DNA from: Carcharhinus amblyrhynchos
Lineage: Eukaryota
Direction: 5' to 3'
NCBI GenBank assembly: GCA_965287045.1
Contig: OZ336883.1
Span: 33,294,001 to 33,358,000, forward strand
DNA: 64,000 nt
In this document: positions 10,459-23,625 of the stretch, one piece after another
How positions within the stretch are numbered: position 1 is the stretch's first letter
Layout: each line of letters starts with the position of its first letter
The notes under the pieces: model-generated
The model's database searches: none
The model's input: only the letters and a program-made list of their open reading frames with translations
Told to the model about the DNA's origin: nothing
Program-made: the position numbers and the translations under genes

Positions 10459-12499
10459 ATGGATGCTACCGAGTTTAGGAAAACTCTGGCCAAGAAATAT
10501 TACTGATGTGGAATCTATCTTCTTTCTGAAGAATCCTTCAGGGCACACTTCTTAAGATGGTGAATCTTTATAGAGTTGTCATTGGCAGACAAAGGACTAC
10601 ACATGTCTTTTATCTACAAATTCTTCACTAGCTCCCAGAAGATTCTCTGTCATCCAGCCTATTGTGAAACCAGAAACCGATCACATGGTTCAAACAGCCA
10701 ATGAAATTACTTGTAAATGGCACTATTATGCTTAGTTCAAATGGCATGTCCCTCACATAACGGCAATAAAATTTGATGCCATGCAGACCACTGAAACTAA
10801 ATAACTTCCCATATTTGGTCAACACAGGAAGCTTCAGATCACGATTCCCAGACCAAAACCATAACTCAGAGTAACTTTATGATCTGCATCAGGTTTAATT
10901 ATAAATTGACCAAAAATCCCAGCATGCTTAACTCAGCCAGAATGGTCATTTTAAAGCCAATATTGCCATTATTGTTGTTAAGTCATTGTTGTAATCATTC
11001 TTTCCCCATCTACACTGTGTATGAGTCATGTCATCAGCAAATAGCCCAAAGAACTGATGCCAAATATCTCAAGTTCATATCCTCTATATCCTGGTAATAG
11101 TAACATACCTTTATTTCTGGTTGCTACTGAAAATTAATATAGCAATGTTGCTGCAGAGTTTGTCAATGATCACACTTGAAAAATACGAGTATGGATTTTA
11201 TAACAAGAGAAATGATTGGAGAAATATTTTAACCATGAAATGTTAAGGATTTGAATTTGAAATAAAAGCAATACAGAACTAATTTTGTTTTAAAAAGACA
11301 TTTGGGCAGCACATTTTGAAGTAAATGAAGTGGTTTTACTTTCATGGAATCTAATGGGACACAGTGTAGTTGCTGCCCATTTTCAGACCTTTTATAACTT
11401 TAACTAATGTTTTAAATGAAATATGGCACGTGGCGTTTAATTTTCACCAGTGTGGTCTCTGTTGTAGGAAACATACATGGAAATTGATGAATCATTTCCT
11501 ATTTTGATTTGATTCTGGATTTTTGATAGCAAAAATCCACTTCAGTCAATTGAAATTCAGGATTAACTGAAATTTGCAGCGGAAATATTATAGAAACAAC
11601 ATTAAAAACTCGGCTGATGGTAAACACTGGATTATTAACCCCAAAAGGGAAACTTGAAACAACTGCTCCAGCTGTATTTTTGCAATATGGTATATTATGA
11701 GGGAAGGCTCAAAACCCAGAGAATGATATCCCAGACGTTTTGTGATGATTTTAAACAAAATAAATGTTTATTAAGCAATAAAATAAACAATACAATAAAC
11801 TTGAAGTAGCCTCAACTAAGATAATATCTTTAATTTTACCAAGTTCCTAACAACCTTCAGAGCTCATTTGCACTGCGCATTCCACGAATTCTTATAGATT
11901 TTTAAAAGCTATAAAAAAATCCAGTAAGAGTTATCACACCAGACAGTTATATATCTTTGGGACTTGCTTCTGAAGTAAAACAAATAACTGGCTTTTCAAG
12001 ACAGGCTGTCTTCACAGACATGGCTTAAACAGGTTTGGAATAGTGACCTTGCATTGGCTTAATATGATATACAACTTTTCCCTTAACCTCTTCAGAAGTC
12101 AGATTCAATTACCTTCATTTCATGAGCCTACCTTTTAGAGTGTAAATGCAATGTCTCCCCCTTTGAACCTCTAGCCCCATGTTCAAAAATGTTTTATGTT
12201 CTATTCTCCATTGTTGCCAACTTGCCTTCGGTAAAAATATGCATGCAGTGTTGCTAGGCTCATCAATATATCCAAAAGCATTAGTTCCATTGGCATAACA
12301 AAACTGTCCTTGCCTTAAGCAGCTTACATTTTCTAATCATTCTTAAAAACATAAAACCAGCAGAAGACATTCCAATTTGTTGAATTTCTGTGATATTATT
12401 GTGTCAGCGCTATTTTTCTAACAGCAGTGTGACTATTCTCATTCACAGTGTCATCATCACTTTTGGAATTCAGGTCTGTGGGGAATGGAAAACAAGAAG

Positions 12500-13535
12500 A
12501 ACAGAAGAGTACAAGAAATAGGAGCAGGAGTAGGCCATACAGCCCTCTGAGCCTGCTCCAACTTTCATTGGTTGATCTTGGCCTTCAACTTCACTTTCCT
12601 TGTACCCCAAATCCCTTGATTGCCCGAGAGACCAAAAAGCTGTCTATTTGATGGAGCCTCGGGGGAAGAGTATTCCAAACCTTCACAACCCTTTGAGTGA
12701 AGCAATTTCTCCTCATCTGAATCCTTAATCATTGGCTTCTTATTCTGAGACTGTGCCTCTGCAAGTTAGACTGCCCGACCAGCTGAAACAAGCTCTCCGA
12801 GTCCACCCGAGCAAGACCCTTCAGGATCCTGTACACTTCAATGAGATTGACTCTCATTCCTCTCAAAGATTATAATTCTAATTTGCTCAGCATCTCGTCA
12901 TGGGACAAGCATCTCATCCTGGGTACTAATTTAATGAACCTTTTCTCTACTGCCTCCAATACAAATATATATTTTCTTAAATTTGGAGAACAAAACTACA
13001 CACAGTATTCCAGATATGTGCCCTCACCAAAAACCTATAAAGCTCTAGCTGACTTACTTTTTCCTGCACTCCAAACCTATTGCAATAAAGGCTAACATGC
13101 CATTTACCTTCCTGATGGCTTGCTAACTTTCTGCATTCCTTGTCTGAGCACACCCAAGTTTCTTTGGACATCAACATTAACAAGTTTCTCGCTTTTTGAA
13201 AAATATTCAGCTCTTTTATTTCAGCCAAAGTAAATAACTTCACATGATCCGGCATTATAATCCATTTGCCATCTTGTTGCCCACTCACCTAAATTATCTA
13301 TATTTGTTTGCAACCTTTCTATGTCTTCCCCACAGATTTCCTTTTCACCTAGCTTTGTAACATCAGCAAATGTAGGTACGTTATTCTGTTTTTCCATTTA
13401 AATCAGATTGTAAATAACTGAGTTTCCATCACTGACCATTATGATCCTCCACTAATCATTACCTGACAGCTTGAAAATGTCCCATCTGTGCCCACCCTTT
13501 TTTGCTTCCTGTCAGTTAACCAATCCTCTATCTGT
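12500..13535 (-). mobile_element. CR1 LINE 3' ~1 kb, decayed
   Basis: Tail AAGAAATAGGAGCAGGAGTAGGCCAT. ORF 12977..13288 contains the CR1 C-terminal remnant LELYRFLVRAH. Confidence 0.85.
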
Positions 13536-13622
13536 GGGCTGGAATCTTCTCAAAAATGTTGGCTCAGGTGAGAAAACCATTTTCAAGTTTGCAGGCTGAG
13601 CAATCAACTTTTCTTACCATAC

Positions 13623-13763
13623 TAAGAGGTTTCACAACACCAGGTTAAAGTCCAACAGGTTTACAGGTTGGAATCACAAGCTTTCAGAGTGCTGCTTTAA
13701 CCTGGTGTTGTGAGACTTCTTACTTTGCCCACCCCAGTCCAACACTGGCATTTCCACACCATG
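13623..13763 (+). mobile_element. Penelope-type palindromic element with central deletion
   Basis: TCACAACACCAGGTTAAAG ... CTTTAACCTGGTGTTGTGA inverted arms and the family 3' end CCCCAGTCCAACACTGGCATTTCCACA. Confidence 0.75.
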
Positions 13764-13989
13764 ATCATCATATTGAACAGCACTCTGTGCATGTGCAAGT
13801 TCATAGGAGAAGGGAGATTCAGTCAGCTGGAGTGGTGGGAACAAAGAAAACTGCAAGGCCGGGAATCCGAAGATTGGGATGCCCTTTGAAATTCCAGTTC
13901 AAAATCATTTTTAACTCTCTGATCTGTAGGAATGAAACAGTGGAGCAGTTAATATGGTGAAACTATTTCCAACCAAGGTATAATTTTTT

Positions 13990-14400
13990 AAAATCCATTT
14001 ATGGGACAGGGCATTGATGGTTGGCCAACATTAATTGCCTATCCCTAGTTGCCATTGAGAAGTTAGTGGTGATCTACCTTCTTGAAACACTGATACAACT
14101 GAATGGCTTGCCAGGCCATTTCAGAGGGCAGTTGAGAGTCAACCACATTAGAGTGGCTCAGGGGTGGCATGGTAAGGATGGCAGATTTCCCTCCCAAAAG
14201 GACATTAGTGAATCAGATGGGTTTTTCCAACAACCAACAATGGCTTCATGATAATCAGTCGATTCTTAATTCCAGATATTTTTCATTGAGTTCAAATTTC
14301 ACCACCTGCCATGATGTGACTCGAACCCAAGTCCCCAGAACACTAGCTGAGTTTCTGGATTAATAATCTAGTGATAATACCACCAGGCCATTGCCTCCCC
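13990..14400 (-). mobile_element. tRNA-derived SINE family C (family X LINE tail)
   Basis: Reverse complement begins GGGAGGCAATGGCCTGGTGG...GGGTTCGAGTC (A/B boxes). Homologous to 32748-33090. Confidence 0.85.
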
Positions 14401-15914
14401 ACTCTTATTTTGGCGATGGATGAAGCTCCTGTTGGAGTCCTCTGGAAGTCTCATGCAGAACTACAAAATTTTGGTCCAACAACATAAATGGGACCTCCAA
14501 TGGAATTTTACCTGACTCTGGAGAGGGTTTTCCACCATGGTTGAATTGCCAGATAAACTTGTCAGGAAGTTAGTGTGGCCCACTGAGCAAGATTCCCCCC
14601 CTTTAACACTTGCAGAATACCTGCCTTCTGGGCTTAACCAGCCACCAGTATCCTTTTTTCAATGCTGACATGTGGTTACTAAGTCACCCCGTTTTAACCT
14701 TCCCACCATTCACCTCCTGCTTTCCAGTGGATACGCCCATACCACTGACAGACAGGATTCAAATGGGAATTAAAATTTGCCTGGCCTCTCACTCAATCAG
14801 AATCTAACAAAATGTATCTCAGCATCGAAAACAAGCCTTCAACAGGACTATACTCTGTTCTTTCATCCTACTTGTTTTGATCTGAGTCTCATTACAGCTG
14901 TTGTTCTCTTCTACAGAAGCCTGACTGGCACTATAAGCCACGACTGCAGGCGATAGCCCTGATCATGTATCAACCACTATACATGCCCACAATTTACTAG
15001 CATTGTACTCCAAATCTGCCCTAGAATGGGTAGTAAATCAAAGGGAAATGCTAGCTATTTACTCTTTCTAACATCGGATGAAATAAACCTTTTCTCTCTT
15101 TGCCCTGATTGTGGCTGTGAAGTTGGATAATTACATCGGCTTGTGTAAGTTGTTTTGATGTGAATCTCTGACCAGAGTTAATTTAGTCAGATAATCAGTG
15201 CCTTTATAAGTCTGAAGAAATTGCAGTCAGCTTGGGTCATCCTGATCCAAAGTGAACGCAATCTTTTGTAGTTGACATTATCAAGAGGGGACTATCTGTC
15301 TCAATATTGTTTGTTGTTCCATGGCTCTGCCTTCCTTTGAAATAATACTTATTCTGGCTCTTTCATGTGTAGATCGTGGAATGAAAAGAAAAATCCAACA
15401 AAGTATCGGTATATGTTGGCTACTGACTGCCAGTAAATGACAATGATCCTATGGTGGGGTTTGTGTGTGCAATTTAAGTTAGTCAGCGGAACCATGTGAT
15501 TCGATTGGTGTGTGTAATTTGTTGATTCCATTCCACATTAATTAGACTATTTAAGAGAAAGTAAACATATGGTAAACTTAACAAACAGAACTCATTACAA
15601 CATTTTGCGACACTAAGACAATGTTGTGTGACATCCATCAGATGATCATCCCATTTTCAAATGCAGAATAGGAAGACCATGGAATGGTTGTGGATAGAAG
15701 GCTTCTTCCTTTTTTAATAATGTTTAACACACTGCAAAGATCTGAGTTGTTACAGATCATGACACAACAAAACCTCTACTTAAACATAGCACAACAGTAC
15801 CTCAGCTTAACAACTCACTGCAGTCCAAAGGGCAACCAAGAGCAGGAAACCACGTATCGTCTAAGTTCATGAAATGGCATTAATTTCAATGTGTAATTCA
15901 GTGCAAATTACTTT

Positions 15915-16276
15915 TTATTTAATTCATCTGTGGGACATGGACGCTTCTGGCTGGCCAGCATTTATCGCCCTTGTACTGAGTGGCCATTTCAGAGAGCATT
16001 TGAGAATCAACCACGTTTGCTCTGGAGTCCCATGCAGGCCAGATCAGATAAGGACAGCAAATTTCCTTCCCTAAAGGACATTAGGGAACCAAATGAGTTT
16101 TTCTGACAATTGACAATGGTTTCATGGTCATTGGTAGATTCTTAATTTCATATTTTTTTTTACTGAATTCAAATTCCACCATCTGCAATGGCGGGATTCG
16201 AACCTGGGTCCCCAGAACATTATCTGAGTTTCTGCATGAATAACCTAGTGATAATATCACTAGGCCATTGCTTCCC
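15915..16276 (-). mobile_element. SINE family C
   Basis: GGGATTCGAACC B-box and CACTAGGCCATTGCTTCCC A-box end on the plus strand. Family C body. Confidence 0.85.
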
Positions 16277-16367
16277 TAACTTGCTATGTACCACTTTTAT
16301 AGGCATCAAAGCTGAAGCACATATAGAAGTTTATATGCCTCTACCTGTTTCCTGCCCAGATATTAGT

Positions 16368-16490
16368 TGGCAGGATTTTTCAGCCTCCCTCGTCCCGAAA
16401 CCATAAAATCCCACCTAAGGACAATGGGTCATTCCATATTCCACCCCTCGCCCGCTCCGATTCCCATGGCGGGAGTTGTGGTAAAATTCC
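16368..16490. mobile_element. MITE
   Basis: GGCAGGATTTTT ... GTAAAATTCC ends. Resembles the other ~125-bp MITEs. Confidence 0.55.
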
Positions 16491-17715
16491 ATAGTTTTAT
16501 TCTCTAGCGAAGGTTATTTTCTAGATATGGTTAAATATTTTATTTGGCTATTATGGCATACAGCAGTAGGTCTGTTGAATATTTCCTTTGTTTTAAACTA
16601 CCATCACCTCAATAATTGATGTGAAATGAATAGATGATGTTACATAATGTAATGTGATAATGCACAGATTTAAACTGTCCTCAAACTGTAACATACACAA
16701 ATGAAACTGAACCAAACAAACGGCTCATCTGAGAGTTCATCTCTAAGGAAAGTAAATGCATTGCTAATACTGATTAAGTGTTTTGTTCTGCCTGAAGGTC
16801 TGCCAGATGTTTATAGACCTACATTGGAGAGGAGGAAGTGTAGTAACGTCCGTCATACTAAATTGTACACATGGTTATGCAGTAAATGTCTATGTTAATA
16901 TCAAAGCCTATTAATGAAAAACAAAACTGATCACCCGTAACGTTTTGAGAGTGAGTAGAAGACAACTGGTGACTTTGGGGAATATTTGTAGGATAATAAG
17001 GTTTAGCCAAATTTATGAACTGTTCCATCTTTAGTTATTATCCCCAGAGTCCCACTGTTTACTGTAAGAGGGAATAAAATACTTTGGTAAAATATTCCCA
17101 CTGCTGCCTTTTTTGATTAATGATGGGTTAGCAGGGGACTGTCATGAAGGCAAAAGCATTTCATCAATTGAAAATGATTGATTTTGAAAACAAACGTGTT
17201 GGAGGGAACTTTGACCAGGCCCTTGGAGGTGGATCTGGAGGCCGGGTAGGGAAGGGGAGCAAGGAAAATTGGGAAGAAAATGATGCCAATCGGGAATGCC
17301 AACATGGTCCTGCCTCCTCAGGCTTTTCCCAGAACCTGTGCACTGACAGCAGTCTGCCTGGCGATGGCGGGAATTCGCTTCAGACTGATAACGAAGGGAT
17401 CAGCAGACAGTGGTAGCTGGTCACTTTAAAGGGTGTACATTGGGAACATGTTGGACATAATTGCTCAGTGGAGAATGAGCATGGGGATCTTGACACAGAG
17501 CACGGGCTTTTACAGCCAGTGTAGATCCAAGAAATGGAAATATCATGACATCTGTGTATATATGTGATTGTAAATAAACTGTTAGAGTTGGTTATACCAA
17601 TTGGTAGTCACCAACCCTGGCAATTGGAGCTGAGGTAAATCAGAGTGACTCTGTTTGCAGCAAGGAACTGCAGAGTGGATCAGATCAATCCAAGCTTGAA
17701 AAAGAGGGAGCAGGC

Positions 17716-19270
17716 ATGTCTCTCTTTGGGAAGTTAGGAACATTAGACGTGACCATTGAGAACAGGCTACAACATGTGGAAAGGTTGGTTTTTCAGGGCT
17801 AACAGAATAGGGGGAAAGGATAAGGAGAAAGTCATTTTATTTACCATGGGACCAATTCTCCCATCACAACCCAAAACTTTTCTGGCAGGTCCGGTCCAGA
17901 GAATTGTGTGTCAGCCATTTCCCAGAGCCGGAGAACAGTCGCAGTCAAGACTGTGCTGGTAAGAGAGATAAGTAATTTAAATCTTTTTTTAATGTAGTTT
18001 AAATATATTTTGCATGTAATTATCGGGCCTGCACGGAAATTGCTGGGCCCGATAGCATCTCCCACCCCGCCAGGAGTAATTAATTCTGATGAGGTTTAAA
18101 GTAGCTCCCCACGTTCGGGGAATTAGTGGGAGACCATGCCAGAATGAAAAGGGGCAATTGGGGCCCCCCAAAGGGTTGGGCGGCGGGGGTGGTGGTGCCT
18201 TCTGGGCATGCGCATCCTGGCAGTGCCAGTCAATGCTCCCCAGCACTGCCCAAGGGGCAAAGTGCCCATGCCCAGGGGATACAAGGGGGTGGGCCTATTT
18301 TGGGCAGGGCCTTGGGGCAATTGGTGGAGTTGGGGAGTCCCGCTGCCATTCCGCATTGGGATCGGTCTGGGCTGGAGGGAGAGTGATGACTGGGCAGGCT
18401 GGGGCATTGGTGGTCTGCCAGGGGTGGGCCTGCCTCCCGGGGGGTGGTCTAGCCCCACAGGGAGTGGACGGGGGGGTGGGGGGGGGGCGTCTGCAGGGCT
18501 GCAGGGGATGGGGGTATCACCACTGCTGAGGGTAGTGTGCTGGACATTGGGGCTCTCCAGGGTGGCGGGAGCAATGGGGTTGGCCAGGAGATTGTTGTGG
18601 AGACCAAAATCAGGCGGTGGGGGATGTTGGGAGGGGCAGCACTGTGGGGGCCCCGAGCTGGCCAGCGTTCGAGCTGGCTAGCAAATGGGGAGACTGACAG
18701 ATCAGGACCACTGAGCATGCACAGAGTTCTGGAACTGTCAGCCTCCGACATGAGTAGGCCCTGCCCCCCTTCCCAGGTTTTTAATGATATTCACAGTTGT
18801 GACCTTTGCATTGCAAAGACTGGGGAGATCCAGGTCTGAAGCTGCACTGGAAAAACAGCCATGATCAAGAATAGTTTTCCCACCAATTCAGCACTTTTGG
18901 GAGAATTGCACCCCCACATATGGGAGCCAGACATATAATTTGTGCCAAAATTTAAGTTCCCTGGAAGCTCTTAACATGAAGAAATTTGCAGAGCTCATTG
19001 AGCTAGCAATCCTAAAGCCTGGTAACACTTCAAAGATATAAGTTTAACTCAATGGGGAAAGACCTGGGGGAGACAACTGCAATCTTTATAGTGAGGCTAA
19101 AGCAGATTGCAGAGCATTGCAACTTCTGGTCAGCTCTGAACAACGTGTTAAGGGATCAACTGGTATGCGGTGTTAATAATGCAGCTATACAGAGGAAACT
19201 GTTGGCTGAGTCTGAGTTGACTTTTAAGGTGATGAAAATGGCAACAGTGATAGAGAGCACAGAGAAGAGC
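17716..19270 (+). pseudogene. Gypsy gag remnant, interrupted at 17848-18913
   Basis: MSLFGKLGTLD...FFRANRIGGKDKEKVILFT [insertion] TYGSQTYNL...GETTAIFIVRLKQIAEHCNF..LRDQLVCGVNNAAIQRKLLAESELTF. Confidence 0.8.
17848..18913. mobile_element. ~1.07-kb non-autonomous TIR DNA transposon (Harbinger-like), GC-rich interior
   Basis: TIRs GGGACCAATTCTCCC / GGGAGAATTGCACCC. It precisely interrupts the gag reading frame. Confidence 0.75.
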
Positions 19271-19559
19271 ACCCAGAGTCACAAAGCTAGCAAAGCATCA
19301 AGATCCACCAGTTAGAGTGGGAAATCATGAGTAGTAATGCCACCAGGACTGCGGATATAGGATCAAATTCAAGCAGTGAGTTGAATGCAGAAATGAGAAG
19401 AATCATTAAATACTGAAGATGCAGCTCACATCTTAACAGCACAACAAATTAAGTACTAAACTAATAGAGACTTACTGTTATTGAAGAGTAAACATATGAT
19501 ACTGCATGGATGGCAGAATGAGAGAGCTTCAGAGGCCATATCAGCTCAGGAAGAATGAG

Positions 19560-20247
19560 TTCAACTTCGAGGATGGTCTCCTCCTTTGGAGAGCAAGAGT
19601 GGTTGTTCCCATATCAGAAAGAGAGTTATTGAAGAATTGAACAGGGCTCTTCTGAGCATGTCAAAGATGAAAAATGCTAGTGAGAACTTATATCTGATGG
19701 CCTCACATTGGTACTGATATAGAAAGGGTTGTCAAACAATGTGACCAGTGCCAACAAAAGCTACCAGCTACAGCCCCCCTACACCTATGGAAATGGCCAA
19801 GTTGGCCGTGGGCAAGAGTTTACATGGATTATATTGGCCCATTTATGGTGCAATACTCTTTTTGTTCGGGGACACCCATCTGAAATGGATAGAGGTATTC
19901 AAAATGAGGTCCACAATTTTATATGCCACAGCCAAAAAAGCACAGGACAAGTTAGAGAAGAAACATGTGGATGATTTGAGGAGATGGGGGACTTCCCAAG
20001 ATGCTACTGCACGATCTAATTGTGCCAGCAAGTAATGTTCTCGTTTATCCAAAGGATGATGCAACTGATCAGCAAATGGCAGGCCAAAGTGCTGCTCCCG
20101 GTGAAACTAAACAAAGTGAGACACAGATTCCAGAGACAGTCCTCATGGAACAAGTTCAACCAAAACTATCCTACAGTGGAACCACAACCAGGTGAGCTAC
20201 GTCGATTCCAGAGGAAGAGGCAGTCCCCTGACAGACTGACTTTCTGA
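19560..20247 (+). pseudogene. Gypsy integrase remnant
   Basis: DGLLLWRARVVVP...WPHIGTDIERVVKQCDQCQ...PLHLWKWPSWPWARVYMDYIGPF (Zn-finger CxxC and start of the catalytic core). C-terminal LRRFQRKRQSPDRLTF*. Confidence 0.85.
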
Positions 20248-20979
20248 TGAACTGTGTCAAAGCCGTTCATTATGGCTATTGTTTTGGAAATTATATAAGT
20301 TGTTAATGTCTTGTATAATTATGGACTTAAAGGGGGAGGGATGTAATATCTTTAAAGGGCATACATCAGGTTGGTCATGTCACCCAATCAGTTAATGGGG
20401 TACGAGTGTGAGGATTTTGGTGCAGGGCCGGAGTAGATCCTCGAGCTGGAAGTGTTAACATTGCGAAAGTACTCTGCATATTTATCCGCTTGCAAATTAA
20501 ACTGTTCTAGTTTGTTATACCAGCTGATGGTCACCAATCCCTGCAATTACTACTGGAATTTTACAGGCAGTGTCTGGGATTCCCTTGTCAACTCACAGGA
20601 GGTGAGTACACAGCGGGAGGTCAGAGTACCAGGAAAATAACTAATCTGCACACTGAAGCTGAAAATCAGCAAGTCTAAGATTTCATCCAAAGACAGAGGC
20701 TTGCAATTGTACAGTTACCTCCTGGAGACTGATGTCATCAAAAGTGTTAAAGGAAAAGAAATGGTTGTCCATTTATTTCATGCCTCCATTTCATCTTCCC
20801 TTCTCTCACACACTCAGCAGCTGACTGACTGCTGGCACAGTTACAGTTACTGACTGTCCTTGCAATGGCTGGTGCTGAACAGCGCTTCTGTTTCCTGAGC
20901 CCTCCTCCCATCCATAATTAGACAGAGATCCCAGAGGTACCTTCTTCTTTATCAGGTGCCTTCTGAAAGATAGCAGTCA

Positions 20980-21290
20980 TCGAATCATTGAATCCCTACA
21001 GTGCAAAAGGAGGTCATTCGGCCCATCAAGCCTGCACTGACAACAACCCCACCCAGGCCCCATCCACTTAACCTCAGGTATTTACCCTGCTAGTGCCCCC
21101 GACACTAAGGGGCAATTTAAAGCGGCCAATAACCCAACCTGCAAATCTTTGGCGTCTGGGAGGAAACTGGAGCACCTGGAGAAAGTCTACGCAGACACAG
21201 GGCGAATATGAACACTCCACACAGAAAGTCACCCAAGGCAGGAATTGAACCCGGGTCCTGGGAGGCAGCAATGCCACCGTGTTGCCCCAC
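20980..21290 (-). mobile_element. HE1-like SINE
   Basis: Family A tail (GAATCCCTACAGTGCA) plus V domain. Confidence 0.88.
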
Positions 21291-21325
21291 CTGCTGGTAT
21301 AACAAACTAGAAGGTAAAGATAACA

Positions 21326-21448
21326 GTCCTCCCATTGTGCTTCTTGTGTGGGGCCCCAAGTGTCTCAGACACATCGCACCCAAATTTGTTTTCTCCTCAT
21401 GAGCTCGTTTTATTCGCCTCAATCAATGTTTGGAAGCCTCAAAGGAAT
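21326..21448 (+). repeat. Left arm of ~125-bp long-range inverted repeat
   Basis: Roughly 80% identical by eye to the reverse complement of 23626-23754 (for example CAAATTTGTTTTCTCCTC and TGTTTGGAAGCC). Confidence 0.85.
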
Positions 21449-22364
21449 GACAACCAGATTAATGCTCAGAAAATGGTCCCACTGTCAGGAAAGAAACCTA
21501 ATAGGAAAATTCAACCCATTGCATCAACATCAACCAACTTAATCTGGGAGAAAAATACACAAATATCACTTGATAGTCAGTTTGGCTGGACAGATTGTCT
21601 ACCTCAAATAACAACTACCTCACCAAACAGAAAAGGGTCTATTTCAAGCACAGTTTCATGTGTATAATCTTGATGTTCATCTGCTTTATATAGTGACCTG
21701 GCAGTATTTTTTAATGTAGAGGTGAGCTGACGAAGCGAAAGGATCTTTGAGTGTCGATCAGCAAAGATTAAATCAGGCCCCACAATGAGATCATGGTGCA
21801 TACTGGGGTATGAATCAGCTTGACTGGAAGTGTGCACAAAGGGCTGGCATTGTCTTACTGCTGGATATTACTGGATATTCTCCTCAAAGAACAATCTGTG
21901 TCAGTCTTACAGCCAAGCTGTCTGGGTTTAGTATAGCCTTTTGTACCACTGAATTTCAAGTCTGCCAATGACAGAATAGTATCTTCACCATGATCCTAAA
22001 GATCCCATGCTGCTAATATCTAGAAACATTACATCATCACAGTCAATAACAAAATGAAGCTTTGAAACAAGCTAGTTACTCTAATGTTTAACATTTCACT
22101 GAATCCTACTCCTATGTCAAAAGTGATAATGTGGTATTCATATCAGTCAGAGTTGGGCTGCACAGTGTCCATGAGGTTTTCAGGATTGTTACATATTCAG
22201 AAAAGGCATATTTTGCAATACGTGCGTAAATGTAATAAGAAAGAGAGATAACAATATCTCTTTCTCCCAGCCTTTCTGTACCCTGATGGTGCATAAGTCA
22301 GACTTTCATCTGTTTCTGTCGTGAATTATTTCTAGAACAGGTTGTTAGTCTGTCACCAAGGGCC

Positions 22365-22573
22365 ATGATGTGGAGATGCCGGCGTTAGACTAGGGTGGGC
22401 ACAGTAAGAAGTCTCACAACACCAGGTTAAAGTCCAACAAGTTTATTTGGAATCACAAACTTTCAGTGTTGCTCTTTCATCAGGTGACTCACCTGATGAA
22501 GGAACAGCACTCTGAAAGCTTGTGATTCCAAATAAACCTGTTGAACTTTAACTTGGTGTTGTGAAACTTCTTA
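22365..22573. mobile_element. Penelope-type palindromic element with back-to-back hammerhead motifs
   Basis: Arms 22405-22487 and 22489-22573 around the centre TTCATCAGGTGA-C-TCACCTGATGAA. CTGATGA...GAAA present on both strands. Confidence 0.85.
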
Positions 22574-22629
22574 TTTTCTCTGAGGGCTTAGAGCTGGAGG
22601 GCACTATACCACATCAAGCATAGCTACAC

Positions 22630-22850
22630 TCCCACACACACACTAAATAAGGGGCAATTTAGCACGGCCAATACACCTAATCCGCACATCTTTAAACTAT
22701 TGGAAGAAACCGGAGCACCCAGACGAAACTCACACATATGTGGAGAGGACGTGCAGACTCCACACAGACAGTGACCCCAGGCCAGGATTGAACCCAGGTC
22801 CCTGGTGCTGTGAGTCAGCAGTGCTAACCACTGTGTCACCATGCTGCCCA
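22630..22850 (-). mobile_element. HE1-like SINE, 3'-truncated
   Basis: tRNA head plus V domain. Confidence 0.85.
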
Positions 22851-22934
22851 CACATAACAATGAATAAAACAGTAAATAGGATTTGAGAGCAGACTTCTGC
22901 TAAAGTTATTTTGATGTTAAGTTGTGTGTGTATG

Positions 22935-23085
22935 ACTGGGATTTTTCAGGCCTGCCCACGATTGGAATTTTCTGGTTCCGTCCACCTCTTGGATTCTCCG
23001 GCCCCGTCACTACTGGGATTTTCCGGTCCCGTCAAAAGCCGATGGGCTTTTGGCCAGACTGAGGCAAAACCAGAAAATCCCAACC
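22935..23085. mobile_element. MITE with internal GGATTTTC repeats
   Basis: GACTGGGATTTT ... AAAATCCCAACC ends. Confidence 0.55.
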
Positions 23086-23625
23086 TATGTTTCTTGTTAA
23101 GGCTGATAGTATATTTTATGATAACTTAATTAAGACAATTAACAACAGCTTCCAATAGCGCTCCGTGTGAACGTACTTTTCAATTTTCTAAACCGTAACT
23201 GTCAGCAGCGATGGGTTATAAATCGAGCAACTGACCGATAGCACCTGGTATGCCTGATATTCTAATAGAGAATTGGGAACCAAAGCATTAAGGCTACATT
23301 ACTAGCATCATTTCTGTGAGTTACTGATTCTAAAGCGGGTCTATGCTGAACCCTCAGCACTGAACACAAAGCACTGCCCTCAGCCTGAACATCACTCATA
23401 GAAGCTGAGCACATCATAGTTGGTGAACTTGATCCTTTCGACCAGATGTCTTATAGAGCCAAGATTTTCAGCTAGTTGCTAATTACATTGTTCTGCATTT
23501 TGCTCTACACATTAGCCGTTTTTTCTGGGTAGTTTTCATTATTACATTCTTTCCTGTAAATTCATTTATAATTCTTGGCTGCAGCTAACATTTAAGTCAC
23601 TCCAGGCACGGTGGTGAAGATAAAA

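Larger units (their letters stand above)
17416..20545 (+). mobile_element. Decayed, internally deleted Ty3/Gypsy LTR retrotransposon
   Basis: Paired diverged LTRs (~17416-17622 and 20342-20545), PBS-like TGGAGCTGAGG at 17625 and polypurine tract AAAGGGGGAGGGA at 20329-20341. Gag and integrase remnants lie between them. Confidence 0.85.

Noticed and set aside
10459-10860. ATG-initiated decayed frame MDATEFRKTLAKKYY* as a viral or transposon gene
   Set aside because: Multiple stops and no motif I can recognise. It would need BLASTX to revisit.
11693-12395. Possible minus-strand solo LTR
   Set aside because: Termini are degenerate, with no TSD or second copy.
18089-18839. Cluster of overlapping 100-157 aa Gly/Pro-rich ORFs
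   Set aside because: They lie inside a GC-rich TIR element where stop codons are rare, and show no recognisable domain. The same applies to 40386-41110.
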